Shown: piece by piece, positions 1 through 9,565 of the stretch
Layout of the letters: every line of letters begins with the position of its first letter
Numbering within the stretch: the stretch's first letter is position 1
NCBI GenBank assembly: GCA_002238505.1
Contig: MPMM01000003.1
Coordinates: 141,864 to 205,863 of the forward strand
DNA length: 64,000 nucleotides
From: SAR202 cluster bacterium bin22
GTDB taxonomy: Bacteria > Chloroflexota > Dehalococcoidia > Lucifugimonadales > UBA3495
Direction of reading: 5' to 3'
Position numbers and translations under genes: made by a program
The notes under the pieces: generated by a model
What the model was told of the DNA's origin: nothing
Databases searched by the model: none
What the model saw: only the letters and a program-made list of their open reading frames with translations

Positions 1-55
1 GTCAATCGTCCTACAGAACTGGACAGACTAGGTTAAGTGTCATGCCAAGGGGATC

Positions 56-640
56 TCACCACCCCCCAATCTGCTGCAGTGCCTGACGCAGGTAGTCTTC
101 CACGGTCAAGTCGGGCGAACGTTCCAGGGTTGCCAGCACCCGCCTGATTTCAGTGGTGGAATAGCCCATGGCGGAAAGGACTTCGATCAACTCGCCGTCG
201 CCCGAAGCAGTCCCACCCTGTTCCTCGTCCACCTCCACGTCATCCATCTTTCCCTTTAGCTCGAGAATAATACGGTCCGCAGTCCGTCTCCCCACACCCG
301 ATACGCCGCTCAACCTGGCCGTGTCACCCAAAGCGATGGCCTGCTGCAAGCCCGACGCTCCAAGTCCGGAGAGCAAAGCCAGGCCCAATCGGGGACCCAC
401 CCCTGACACGCCCTGGGTAACCAGGAAGAGTTCCAGCGCGGCCTGGCTGGTGAATCCATAGAGAACGGGGTGCTCGTCCCGTATCCTGAGGTGGGTAAAT
501 AGCTGCACCTGGTTGCCCGTCGACCCAAGGGTGAGAATCTCTGACGGCGGTACCGAAATCTGAAGGGTAACGCCACTAACGGTTAGCTGCACCCAATCGT
601 CGCCCGCAGCCGTAAGGATGCCGTTAACGCCTACAATCAC
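56..640 (-). CDS. ruvA: Holliday junction branch migration complex subunit RuvA
   Basis: 194-aa ORF. It has an N-terminal OB-like region followed by paired helix-hairpin-helix-type motifs (GVGPRLGLALL, GVSGVGRRTADRI). It lies 3 nt downstream of ruvC on the same strand. Confidence 0.9.
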   Translation of the reverse strand: MIVGVNGILTAAGDDWVQLTVSGVTLQISVPPSEILTLGSTGNQVQLFTHLRIRDEHPVLYGFTSQAALELFLVTQGVSGVGPRLGLALLSGLGASGLQQAIALGDTARLSGVSGVGRRTADRIILELKGKMDDVEVDEEQGGTASGDGELIEVLSAMGYSTTEIRRVLATLERSPDLTVEDYLRQALQQIGGW

Positions 641-643
641 GGG

Positions 644-1165
644 CTATCGTTCCGACCCCGGGGAGATTTCGCGGGAAAGGGCCGAGGTCGCATTCGTGTG
701 TATCAGGTGGCAGAGTCCCACCGACAGGGCGTCGGCGGCATCGGATTCGGGCAGTGAGGCCAGGCCCAGGGTAGCCGCCAGGGCACGCTGCATCTGGTCC
801 TTGGTGGCAGCGCCGTAGTCCGCCACAGCGCGTTTAACTTCGGCGGGACTGTACCGGTGTACCGGGATCCCGGCGCTGGCAGCGCCGATCAGCACGAGCG
901 CCTGTGCCTGTCCTACTGCAATGGCCGGACCGATAAACTGCCGCTCTCCCCGGCCGATGAAGGGTTCTTCCACGGCTACCACGTCCGGGTTAAACACGCT
1001 GATCATGTTTCCTATGTGGGTAAATAGCTGGAACAGTCTATCCTCGATATCCATGTACCGGGACAGAGTTACCACGCCGTAATCCACTACCTCGGTAGCG
1101 GGTTCGCTGGTGAGAAAACCGTAGCCCATCTTGATGGTGCCAGGATCGATAGCCAGAACTCGCAT
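644..1165 (-). CDS. ruvC: Crossover junction endodeoxyribonuclease RuvC
   Basis: The ORF track gives 644..1243. The conserved RuvC N-terminus MRVLAIDPGT begins at internal Met27, so I moved the start to 1165. Acidic catalytic-type positions are present (IDPG, VAVEEPF, ESDAADAL). Confidence 0.88.
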   Translation of the reverse strand: MRVLAIDPGTIKMGYGFLTSEPATEVVDYGVVTLSRYMDIEDRLFQLFTHIGNMISVFNPDVVAVEEPFIGRGERQFIGPAIAVGQAQALVLIGAASAGIPVHRYSPAEVKRAVADYGAATKDQMQRALAATLGLASLPESDAADALSVGLCHLIHTNATSALSREISPGSER

Positions 1166-1265
1166 AGCGTCGGCCTCTAGTGTGGTGCGGTGAAAAAAGA
1201 AGGGTGATGGCAGCCGGCCCGACGCCGGGGCAGTAACCATCACCCGCCTGGTTCAGCCTGTAATG

Positions 1266-2033
1266 CTAGGATGCAGCCCCGTACTGCTCCAAAACCTCAG
1301 GTGGGAAGTCGGCGTTGGTGTAGGCCTTTTGGATATCTGCCAGGTCTTCCAGCAGGTCCAAAAGCCGCAAGGTCTGTTCAGCCGCCCGTGCGTCCAGCGC
1401 CACCGTAGCCTTGGGCACCAGGGAAATATCCGAAGAAGTGAAGCTCACGTCCTGCTCTTCCAGCGCCTTTTGTGTGGACTGCAGGGTGTCGGGCGCCGTG
1501 AGGATTTCAACGATGCCGTCTTCAATCTTAACGTCTTCTGCGCCGGCATCTATAGCCACCAGGCCCAGTTCCTCCGCCTTCTCCTCGTCGTCCATTTCGA
1601 TGGTGATGACGCCCTTGGTTTCGAAGTTCCAGGCCACACATCCGGACTCGCCCAGGTTGCCGCCACCCTTGTTGAATGCGGAACGTACCTCGGCGGCAGT
1701 GCGGTTTCGGTTATCGGTAACAGCCTGGATGAGAATGGCTCCCCCGCCTGGCCCGTAGCCTTCGTAAGTGATTTCCGCCAGGGTCTCGGGCCCTTCTCCG
1801 GAATCTCCCGTGCCCCGTTTAATGGCCCGGGAAATGCTGTCCATGGGCATGTTGCTGGACTTGGCCTTGTCTATGGCAAGCCGCAGCCGGAAGTTCATAT
1901 CGGGGTCGCCACCGCCTCCCTGAGAAGTTGCCAGAGTAATGTCCCTGGCCAGCTTGGTGAAGAGGGCGCCCCGCTTGGCGTCGGCGGCGCCTTTGGCTCG
2001 CTTGATAGTTGACCACTTTGAATGTCCTGACAT
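1266..2033 (-). CDS. yebC: YebC/PmpR family DNA-binding transcriptional regulator
   Basis: 255 aa. The N-terminus MSGHSKWSTIKRAKGAADAKRGALFTKLARDI is the family signature. Confidence 0.9.
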   Translation of the reverse strand: MSGHSKWSTIKRAKGAADAKRGALFTKLARDITLATSQGGGGDPDMNFRLRLAIDKAKSSNMPMDSISRAIKRGTGDSGEGPETLAEITYEGYGPGGGAILIQAVTDNRNRTAAEVRSAFNKGGGNLGESGCVAWNFETKGVITIEMDDEEKAEELGLVAIDAGAEDVKIEDGIVEILTAPDTLQSTQKALEEQDVSFTSSDISLVPKATVALDARAAEQTLRLLDLLEDLADIQKAYTNADFPPEVLEQYGAAS

Positions 2034-2280
2034 TTCACTCGCCTCCTGACGGCCAAAACTGGCAAAGCCGGAGAAATCTGACCACCAACTTTGACCATAA
2101 TCGTCGAGATTGCTACCTGGATTTTAGCATTGCCTTATCCGGCGGTCAAAGCAGCAGCGAGCGCAAGGATACCTGAAGAATCAAACGAAGAGATCAGGTC
2201 AGAGGGTGTTTTGTCCAATATGATCGAAGTGAACAGGAGAGAGGGAATAGGTGGTCAGAAGATTGGCGGACCGGACAGAT

Positions 2281-2808
2281 TCATCGAAGGCCGTCCATGA
2301 GCCTGACGACCATTTCCATCCTGGCGATATCCACGCTACGGATTACCTGCGCCATCGCGGGCAGAAGTATCTCCCTTTCAGCGCCGGAAACGACATACAC
2401 GTCGTTGCTGCCCGTCACAATTATCTCGGAGATGCTGCCCAGGTTCTCACCCTCTTCAGTGAAAACCTGCATTCCCATCAACTGGTAGTGGAAGTATTCA
2501 CCTTCGGGCAATGGGGGAGACGACTCAGCAGCGGCCGACAACTCCTGACCGATAAGCGCTCGGGCGGTCGATTGGTTGTTTATCCCTTCCAGTTTCAACA
2601 GGAGCAGATTTGTGCCAGCAGGGGAGCTGGACTCGATGAGGACTGGACTTCCTTCCAGGTACAGGGTTTTGCCGCTGTCAAACCTGTCGGGAACGTCGCT
2701 GAGGATCCGGATGCGAATGTGGCCGTGGACGCCGTGGGCGCCAAGCACTGTCCCAACAACGACCTGGGACTCTCCCAGGTCGTCAGTATTTTCTCGTTGG
2801 TCAGTCAA
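2281..2808 (-). CDS. rimM: 16S rRNA processing protein RimM
   Basis: 175 aa. It carries the VVVGTVLGAHGVHGHIRIRILSDVPDRF motif and a C-terminal PRC-barrel-like region. It sits downstream of rpsP and the KH gene in the classical operon order. Confidence 0.85.
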   Translation of the reverse strand: MTDQRENTDDLGESQVVVGTVLGAHGVHGHIRIRILSDVPDRFDSGKTLYLEGSPVLIESSSPAGTNLLLLKLEGINNQSTARALIGQELSAAAESSPPLPEGEYFHYQLMGMQVFTEEGENLGSISEIIVTGSNDVYVVSGAEREILLPAMAQVIRSVDIARMEMVVRLMDGLR

Positions 2809-2893
2809 ACTTGGGCTAACGCTTGAAAAAGTAGAGGATGTGTTTCCTTCATGAAAACACCAGGTTGGGGGCGTTTGCAGGAATAGGCTGACT

Positions 2894-3121
2894 TCAGACT
2901 ATTTCTAGCAATGCGCGGGTCCCTTCCTTAATGGCGGCAACTCTGACAAGAACTCTGATTGCCTGAGCGACCCTTCCCTGTCTACCGATTACCTTGCCCT
3001 TGTCCTCGGGGGCTACTTCCAGCCTGAGAATCACCTGGCCGTCTTCAACGGATTCAGTGACCTTTACCGCATCGGGATTAGTGGCCAGTGAACGGGCAAT
3101 GTATTCTACCAATTCTTTCAT
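2894..3121 (-). CDS. KH domain RNA-binding protein (YlqC/UPF0109-like)
   Basis: 75 aa with the KH GxxG loop VIGRQGRVAQAIR. Its ATG overlaps the rpsP stop as ATGA (3118-3121). Confidence 0.8.
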   Translation of the reverse strand: MKELVEYIARSLATNPDAVKVTESVEDGQVILRLEVAPEDKGKVIGRQGRVAQAIRVLVRVAAIKEGTRALLEIV

Positions 3122-3411
3122 TCAATTTGCTCTTCAACCGCAACAGGCTCATCCACCGGAGAGCGCAACTTATCGTAAATACCGTCCCTGTCAAAGATCC
3201 GTTTTACTGCGTCGGACGGCTGTGCGCCGCGACTCAGCCACTCAATTGCCCTGTCTTCTTTCAGCACCACTGCTGGTGGATCCACCATGGGGTCATACTG
3301 ACCGATCCACTCTACATAGGCGCCGTCTCGAGGAGCTGCGGAATCTGCAACAACGATCCTGTAGGACGGCCTTCCTTTTTTCCCTACTCTCCTTAACCGA
3401 ATACGTAGCAT
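3118..3411 (-). CDS. rpsP: 30S ribosomal protein S16
   Basis: The conserved S16 N-terminus MLRIRLRRVGKKGRPSYRIVVADS starts at internal Met27 of ORF 3118..3489. GGAG lies 6 nt upstream of that ATG. Confidence 0.9.
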   Translation of the reverse strand: MLRIRLRRVGKKGRPSYRIVVADSAAPRDGAYVEWIGQYDPMVDPPAVVLKEDRAIEWLSRGAQPSDAVKRIFDRDGIYDKLRSPVDEPVAVEEQIE

Positions 3412-3460
3412 CAAATCTCCAACTGAACCAAAGTGTGTTGAGCCGTAATTTAGCCACGTA

Positions 3461-3489
3461 ATTCTACGAGCAGGGTACCTGCTTGTCAA
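3461..3489 (-). promoter_or_regulatory. Candidate sigma70-type promoter of the rpsP operon
   Basis: The minus strand reads TTGACA (3489-3484), a 17-nt spacer, then TAGAAT (3466-3461). This is about 45 nt upstream of the rpsP ATG. Confidence 0.45.
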
Positions 3490-3678
3490 TTCTATTACAT
3501 CGTTATTCGAGGTACTTTAAGCGCAAAGAACCCGGATTATGCAATCCTGATTCAAAACTGGCGTGCGCTTGGAAACCTGCGGCTGGAATTGGAGAAAATG
3601 CTTGCCGCAAAGCGAGGTTAAAAAGGGTTCGGGCCCAGTCCATCTGGATGAGGCACCGCCCAAGGTTCTTCGTGGTCC

Positions 3679-3790
3679 CGGGGGCGATGGTAGACATTGG
3701 CCTGGGCCCGACTAACGGGTTTTTGGTGATATGTGCCTTTAGGTCAGGCTCACCCCGTCGTGTCCAGACTGATGCCTACCATCGCCCCCG
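3679..3790 (-). other. Long inverted repeat or hairpin; candidate structured RNA element of unknown class
   Basis: The arms are 3679-3697 and 3772-3790: 19 nt with one mismatch, around a perfect 14-bp core GGGGGCGATGGTAG / CTACCATCGCCCCC. They enclose 74 nt. The strand assignment is tentative and follows the upstream promoter-like motif and the tiny ORF on the minus strand. Confidence 0.4.
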
Positions 3791-4174
3791 CATACTAAAC
3801 TATGTTCCATGCCATATCACCTCCTTCTTCAGATTCCCGCCAAGCGGTTCTTCTATTTGTAGCACAACAAGCCAAGCTTGTCAACGCACTTTTCGTATTT
3901 GAAAACGCTTCTTCCCTGCGCTTTCGACTGCAAAGAGTGATCCCGCCCTGGAAGGACTGATGCCAGGGACTCCTTGTCCCTTCATTGAGATTCTGAATAA
4001 ATGTAATGTCTGGGGCGCTGCCGTCTCACGCACCACCTATTGAGGATGATTTCCCACGAATGTTGTAGGGCCTTTATTGCGGTGCAATAATGGTCAACTG
4101 AGACCGATACTGGGTAGTCCAATTTCTACTGCATTCAGGTTGACCAAATCAAACTTCGCCGGGTTGAGTTATTG

Positions 4175-5128
4175 ATGCGTGTCGTCTTCATGGGAACGCC
4201 CCAGTATGCTGTTCCGGTTCTGGAAGAATTACAGGCTGCTTCCAGTACCGAAGTGGTGGCAGTCTATACGCCGCCGGACCGTCCCAGGGGACGAGGTCGC
4301 GAAATCGAGACCACCCCGGTCAAGGCCGCGGCCCTCGAATTGGGTATTCCCGTCTGCCAGCCTGTTTCCTTCCGGTCTGAAGAGGTACGAGAGGAACTGG
4401 CTTCCTTCCTTCCGGATGTGGTTGTTGTTGCCGCCTATGGCAAGCTGTTGCCGGCGTCGGTCCTGGAGCTGCCTCCCCATGGGTGCCTGAATATTCATCC
4501 TTCCTTGCTGCCTCGCTATCGCGGACCCTCGCCGGTAGTATCGGCAATTCTCGACGGGGTCGCCGAAACGGGCGTGTCCCTGATGCTGCTGGACGAGGGT
4601 ATGGACACCGGCCCCATCGTCGCGCAGGAAACTTACCCGCTAAACGGTACGGAGACAGCCCTCTTCCTGACTGAAGAATTGTTCATGGCCGGGGGCAAGC
4701 TGCTGGTCGATCGTCTCCAGCCATGGGTGGAGGGCAAGCTTCCGCTTACTGCCCAGGAAGATAGCCTAGCCACGGTAACATCCAAGCTGGAACGAAGCGA
4801 TGGGGCTGCGGACTGGACTCAATCCGCCGAACACTTGGAACGTCTACAGCGGGCCTTCACTCCCTGGCCGGGACTCTTCACGCAATGGGAGGACAAGACC
4901 TTAAGGTTGCTTGAGGTGTGTGTGATGCAAATTGCAAGACAGTCTGGTGAGTCGTTAGCGCCCGAGCCTGGTGAAGTGGTAGGCCTGGACCAGGAAGACA
5001 TTCTTGTCGGCATTGGCACTGGGGAGGGCATCCTGGGGCTCAAGACCCTGCAACTAGAAGGGCGCCGTGCTACATCGGCATCGGAATTCCTTCGAGGCTA
5101 CCCCCATTTTTTGGGTAGTCAACTCTAG
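4175..5128 (+). CDS. fmt: Methionyl-tRNA formyltransferase
   Basis: MRVVFMGTPQYAVPVLEEL at the N-terminus, the HPSLLPRYRGPSP formyltransferase motif and a C-terminal Fmt domain. I chose ATG 4175 over the TTG at 4172. Confidence 0.9.
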   Translation: MRVVFMGTPQYAVPVLEELQAASSTEVVAVYTPPDRPRGRGREIETTPVKAAALELGIPVCQPVSFRSEEVREELASFLPDVVVVAAYGKLLPASVLELPPHGCLNIHPSLLPRYRGPSPVVSAILDGVAETGVSLMLLDEGMDTGPIVAQETYPLNGTETALFLTEELFMAGGKLLVDRLQPWVEGKLPLTAQEDSLATVTSKLERSDGAADWTQSAEHLERLQRAFTPWPGLFTQWEDKTLRLLEVCVMQIARQSGESLAPEPGEVVGLDQEDILVGIGTGEGILGLKTLQLEGRRATSASEFLRGYPHFLGSQL

Positions 5129-6480
5129 CTGACAGCTTCCTCGGCAGGAGGCTCTACTGGTTCGGGTTCGTCAACCGTTTCGCTGGCCTCATTCTGTCGT
5201 CTCTTTTGGACCATATCCCACGTAAGGAATAAGGCCCACATCAGGATCCCCAAGGCAAAGGCAATGCCGAAGTACCACATGAATGACACCAGTCTGGCGG
5301 TAATCACAGATACGACGACATCCAGGATCAGAACCACAAATCCCTCAACGTCAACCTCGCTACCCATCCAGGCGCTGTTGACCACCCGGTCAACCACCCT
5401 CGGCAAGGCGAAGTAGGCGATGGTCAAGAACACCAGGGATGCCCCACCACTGGCAATAAGCATACGGTAGAACCATCGGACTCCCGCTCGGGGTCGTCCC
5501 CAATAGACTAACGTAACGAGACCAATGGCGGCCGCCAGGGCAAGCAGTCCATAGTTCCTGGTCCGGTCAAGGACAGCGAGAATCCGTTCCCGCCAAGTAT
5601 CCGCGTTTGCTTGAAACTCGCTCTCGCCAACTCCCGCGAATTCTTCTGCCAGGACTGGGATCAGGGACAAGCGGCCTTCGGAGTCCAGACGGTGCTGGAA
5701 ATCTGCCAGCGCGTTGTCAAGGGCCGGCGCTGCCGCAGTCATTGTGGCCTGCGTGAGCAATTCTCTCGTGTCACCAGTTTTGAATGCCTGTCGAAGCTCC
5801 GGTTCGGCCGTCCTGAGGGCGTCGCGATATTCCTGGTCAATTGATGGGTTATCCAGTACCAGGGCGAGGGCCTGGTCGAAGGCCTCAGCGACCTCCTCTT
5901 CGCTCAGCCCTGTAAGGTCGGTTATTGACCGAGACTCCAGTCCGCCGGCTGACAGGGATTCCAGGGCCCTCTGGATTTCTTCCGAATAAGGACTTTCCTT
6001 CGTTTCTTCCACCACTCCCTGAATCAACTCTTCGGTGACCAGGGGAGTCGCTTCGATGCGATCAATCAAGAGATCGACTGTGGATTCAACTATCCGTTCC
6101 AGGGGGCCGGAAATTTCCAGGTAGAGTTCCAGGTCTTGCGATTCCCCATTGGCGAAGGATGACAGCAGCGCCAGATTGGTCTCAACCTGGGCCTGAAGAT
6201 ATTCCGGAGGAGCAACCGCTCTCATGAGGTAATGCAACTCTCCTGACGTCAAATATGCGGTGTCGCTGGATAGTTCGCTCCAGAGCTGTTCGATGTTACG
6301 GGTGGTTAAGACGTCCGTGTAGAGCCGTTCGTAGGCGTTCTGTTCTGACAGGGAGTCAGCGTAGAGCTCATCGTTGAGGAGCGCTTTCAGGTTAACGTGG
6401 AAAAGCAGCAGGCCAATGGCCAGATAAATGCACAACCCAGCCAGGGTAGAGGTGAGAGCCCGAAGAATCCAAAGGAACAT
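5125..6480 (-). CDS. Hypothetical integral membrane protein
   Basis: 451 aa: an N-terminal TM helix, a long acidic helical middle region, about 4-5 C-terminal TM helices and an acidic tail. I recognise no family. Confidence 0.55.
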   Translation of the reverse strand: MFLWILRALTSTLAGLCIYLAIGLLLFHVNLKALLNDELYADSLSEQNAYERLYTDVLTTRNIEQLWSELSSDTAYLTSGELHYLMRAVAPPEYLQAQVETNLALLSSFANGESQDLELYLEISGPLERIVESTVDLLIDRIEATPLVTEELIQGVVEETKESPYSEEIQRALESLSAGGLESRSITDLTGLSEEEVAEAFDQALALVLDNPSIDQEYRDALRTAEPELRQAFKTGDTRELLTQATMTAAAPALDNALADFQHRLDSEGRLSLIPVLAEEFAGVGESEFQANADTWRERILAVLDRTRNYGLLALAAAIGLVTLVYWGRPRAGVRWFYRMLIASGGASLVFLTIAYFALPRVVDRVVNSAWMGSEVDVEGFVVLILDVVVSVITARLVSFMWYFGIAFALGILMWALFLTWDMVQKRRQNEASETVDEPEPVEPPAEEAVS

Positions 6481-6602
6481 AAGGCCTCCAGATCACCGGT
6501 GTAGCTCTTGTCGTCGTTATTGTAGCATTTGCCTGCAAAGCGCTTCTTAATTCGCATACTGACACGTGGGGCCGCTCCTTCACCGTCTCCAACCCGTTTC
6601 AA

Positions 6603-6631
6603 TTGACACTCGAAGGGAGTTGGTGATACAT
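6603..6631 (+). promoter_or_regulatory. Candidate promoter of etfBA
   Basis: TTGACA (6603-6608), a 17-nt spacer, then ATACAT (6626-6631). This is about 45 nt upstream of the etfB ATG. Confidence 0.35.
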
Positions 6632-6674
6632 TTCACAAGGTTTCCATAGCTAATTTTCCCGCGAGGAAGGAGAA

Positions 6675-7478
6675 ATGCCAGCCAAGATCGCCGTTCTGGC
6701 CAAGCAGGTCATAGACCCGGAAATGCCTATGGCCGCGTTCCAAATCGACGCCAACGCCAAGCGTGTCGTTACTCCCCCCAACATCCCCCCTGTGGTAAAC
6801 GGATTTGACGAAAACGCGGTCGAAGCCGCTCTGCAAATCAAAGACTCTCAGCAGGATGTTACTGTCACCGTCATCTCCTCTGGGTCAGAATTCGCCCTGG
6901 ACGTTATGAAGAAGCCCCTGTCCATGGGTGCGGACGATCTGGTCCTCCTTCAGGACGACAGTTTTGGCAACTCGGTGGACAGTTTTCAGACGGCGCAACT
7001 GCTGGCAGCCGCCATACGGAAGCTGGGTGGCTTTGACCTGATTATTTGTGGCAGGCAGGCATCAGACTGGGACAATGCCCAAGTTCCCCTGGGTGTCGCC
7101 GAATTGCTGGGCGTTTCCTGTGTGGCCCTGGGCAAGAAGGTCGAACTCAAGGATGACAAGGTGGTAGTAGAACGTCTCATTCCCGACGGCTACGAGGTTG
7201 TTGAGGCCTCCCTCCCTGCCCTGGTGACGGTCAGCAACGAGTTGGGTCAGCCCCGCTATCCCACATTGAGGGGAATTATGGCGGCTACCCGTAAGCGCCC
7301 TACCATCTGGAGCGCTTCAGACCTGGAAATGGACGGTGGAGAACTGGAGCCCAGGCTTACCCTCCACGACCTGTTTGTGCCGGTCAGCAACGCTGAATGC
7401 GAGATAATTGAAGGCGACGACGAACAGGATGCCGGCCGGAAGCTGGCCCTGAGGTTAAGAGAAGAAAAGTTCTTCTAG
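6675..7478 (+). CDS. etfB: Electron transfer flavoprotein subunit beta
   Basis: 267 aa with an EtfB-type N-terminus (KIAVLAKQVIDPE) and the LIICGRQASDWDNAQV motif. GGAAGGAG lies upstream. Confidence 0.9.
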   Translation: MPAKIAVLAKQVIDPEMPMAAFQIDANAKRVVTPPNIPPVVNGFDENAVEAALQIKDSQQDVTVTVISSGSEFALDVMKKPLSMGADDLVLLQDDSFGNSVDSFQTAQLLAAAIRKLGGFDLIICGRQASDWDNAQVPLGVAELLGVSCVALGKKVELKDDKVVVERLIPDGYEVVEASLPALVTVSNELGQPRYPTLRGIMAATRKRPTIWSASDLEMDGGELEPRLTLHDLFVPVSNAECEIIEGDDEQDAGRKLALRLREEKFF

Positions 7479-7561
7479 CTCTGGTCCCGATACTGGAAAA
7501 TACTTGAAAGAGGGCAGCACATTGTGCTCCCCTGTTGTAGTCAAAGCTGATGGAGGTCCTC

Positions 7562-8560
7562 ATGCCGGAGGGTAATGGTGTCCTGATAATCGGAGAAACC
7601 CAGGACGACGAACTAAGCCTGGCAACCCAGGAAATCCTGGCCGCGGGCCGTAAAATAGCCGACGATCTGGGTCAGGAGCTGGCGATTGCGGTATTTGGGA
7701 ACGCAGTCGATGCGCCTGCCCAGCAGGCCGTTTCCCAGGGCGCCGACCGGGTTTATTCGGTCACCAGTCCGTTGCTGGCCGAATTCCGGGTAGAGCTGTA
7801 TCTGGCGGCCGCAGACACCGTATGCAAGGAAACCGGCCCCGCCATTGTGCTGGTTGCTCGCACCAATCAGGGTCGTGAGGTTGCGCCCCGGCTGGCGTTC
7901 AGGCTGGGCGTTGGTCTGGCCCAGGACTGCCTGGAGGTTTCTGTTGACGCGGCAACCGGGACCCTGCTGGCTAACCGGCCGGTGTACGGCGGCAATGCTG
8001 TGGCTGTTGTAAGCTGCAACCAGTCCCCCCAGGTAGCTGCGGTACGCCCCAAGGTCTATGTGCCCCTGGATCCCGACCCTGCTCGGCAAGGCGAAATAGT
8101 GTCTTTCCCGGTGGACCTGGACGAATCCATGGTCCGCAGCAGAGTCATAGAAGTGGTCAAGGAAGAAGCGGAAGGTGTAAAACTGGAGGACGCCAGCATC
8201 GTCGTGTCCGGAGGCCGAGGACTGGGCGGTCCGGAGCCCTTTGCCCAATTGGAGGAACTGGCAAAACTGCTTGGCGGCGCCGTGGGGGCATCCCGCGCGG
8301 CAGTGGACTCAGGCTGGGTTCCAGCCAGCTACCAGGTTGGCCTCACTGGCAAGACCATTACCCCGGAACTTTACATAACAATCGCCATTTCCGGCGCCAG
8401 CCAGCACATGGCCGGCTGTTCCGGTTCCAAGGCCATAGTCGCCATTAACAAGGACGCCGAGGCCAATATATTCCGTGAAGCTCGCTATGGTGTAGTAGGC
8501 GACTGGGAAAAGGTCCTGGCTGCCATGACAGAAACCGTCAGGGAACTGGTACAGGAGTAA
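7562..8560 (+). CDS. etfA: Electron transfer flavoprotein subunit alpha
   Basis: The C-terminal FAD-binding signature is present (SGAxQHxAG: [23 protein letters not shown]). I chose ATG 7562 because GGAGG (7553-7557) precedes it. The ORF track starts at 7550. Confidence 0.9.
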   Translation: MPEGNGVLIIGETQDDELSLATQEILAAGRKIADDLGQELAIAVFGNAVDAPAQQAVSQGADRVYSVTSPLLAEFRVELYLAAADTVCKETGPAIVLVARTNQGREVAPRLAFRLGVGLAQDCLEVSVDAATGTLLANRPVYGGNAVAVVSCNQSPQVAAVRPKVYVPLDPDPARQGEIVSFPVDLDESMVRSRVIEVVKEEAEGVKLEDASIVVSGGRGLGGPEPFAQLEELAKLLGGAVGASRAAVDSGWVPASYQVGLTGKTITPELYITIAISGASQHMAGCSGSKAIVAINKDAEANIFREARYGVVGDWEKVLAAMTETVRELVQE

Positions 8561-8593
8561 GGGCGGCAGGCTCGAATAAGGCTGAAGGCCAAC

Positions 8594-9445
8594 TTACTCC
8601 AGCAGCAGATTATCTATCAGGCGTGTCTTTCCCAACCTGGCGGCTGTGGACACCATTGCCGGACCCTCAACCCAGTCCAGTTCTTTCAGGGTGCTGGCGT
8701 CGGCCACGCTGACGTAGGCTATCTCTTCCAGCAAGGGTTCTGCCTCCATGACCGACCGGGCTGCATCCCTCAATTTGCCCGCATCACACTGACCCGAGTC
8801 CCATAGCTCTTTCGCTGCCAGCAGGGCCCGGTAAATTACCGGCGCCACCATTCGTTGCTCGCTCGACAGGTATGCGTTTCGACTGCTCAGGGCAAGCCCG
8901 TCGTGATCCCGCACCGTCGGAACCCCAACAATCTCCACGCCCAGGTTCAGGTCGCGCCCCAGCCGCCGGATAACTGCCAACTGCTGCCCGTCCTTTTGCC
9001 CGAAATAGGCCCGGTCTGGTCCTATGACGTTAAGCAGCTTGGCGACCACAGTAGCTACTCCCCTAAAGTGTCCCGGGCGGGCCGCACCCTCGAGCCTCTC
9101 ACCCAGGGCACCTGGGTCTATCCAGGTGTCGAAGCCTGGGGGGTAAACTTCCTCCGGCGATGGAGCGTATACCAGGCCCACCCCTTCCGCTTCCAGCAAC
9201 GCCAGGTCTCTTTCCATATCTCGAGGATAAGTCGCCAGGTCTTCCTGTGGTCCAAACTGCGTGGGGTTTACAAAAATGGAAGCGGCTACGGTCTTGTTCT
9301 CGGCCGCTGCTTGCCGCACCAGGGCCAGGTGGCCATCGTGCAAAGCGCCCATGGTTGGAACCAGCCCCAGGGGGCGGGTACACCGGTGGGCGAAGGATGT
9401 CGTGTCGTTGTTGGTAGTCAGGACAATCATCTTGGCTGTCGTCAT
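8594..9445 (-). CDS. panC: Pantoate--beta-alanine ligase
   Basis: 283 aa with the LVPTMGALHDGHLALV HIGH-type motif and FGQKDGQQ. Confidence 0.9.
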   Translation of the reverse strand: MTTAKMIVLTTNNDTTSFAHRCTRPLGLVPTMGALHDGHLALVRQAAAENKTVAASIFVNPTQFGPQEDLATYPRDMERDLALLEAEGVGLVYAPSPEEVYPPGFDTWIDPGALGERLEGAARPGHFRGVATVVAKLLNVIGPDRAYFGQKDGQQLAVIRRLGRDLNLGVEIVGVPTVRDHDGLALSSRNAYLSSEQRMVAPVIYRALLAAKELWDSGQCDAGKLRDAARSVMEAEPLLEEIAYVSVADASTLKELDWVEGPAMVSTAARLGKTRLIDNLLLE

Positions 9446-9565
9446 AGCAATGGAACTATTTTGTGACCTGAAGAAAGGTACTTTCTCCTGCGAATTGACC
9501 GGCCTCCGCAGTCGAGGGCAAGAATATTCAGATCATGGGCGTTCCCTGCACGCAAGCTGCTGTTT

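Noticed and set aside
3679-3790. The possibility that the GGGGGCGATGG... hairpin is tmRNA, 4.5S/SRP RNA or part of RNase P RNA
   Set aside because: The 5' end loosely resembles tmRNA and 4.5S starts (GGGGG..., UCUGGACACGACGGGG versus UCUGGAUUCGACGGG). Several features argue against each class. There is no T-arm (GGTTCGA) and no ACCA-adjacent acceptor. There is no SRP helix-8 GGAA tetraloop with the AGCAGCC motif at the hairpin apex. No GGAAAGTCCGG or ACAGAACCCGGCTTA RNase P boxes occur anywhere in 3490-3900. I keep it only as an unclassified structured element.
3483-3902. A 139-aa ORF (+) filling the rpsP-fmt gap
   Set aside because: Its composition is Arg/Cys/Pro-rich and implausible. There is no Shine-Dalgarno sequence. 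It runs through the inverted repeat and the promoter motifs.
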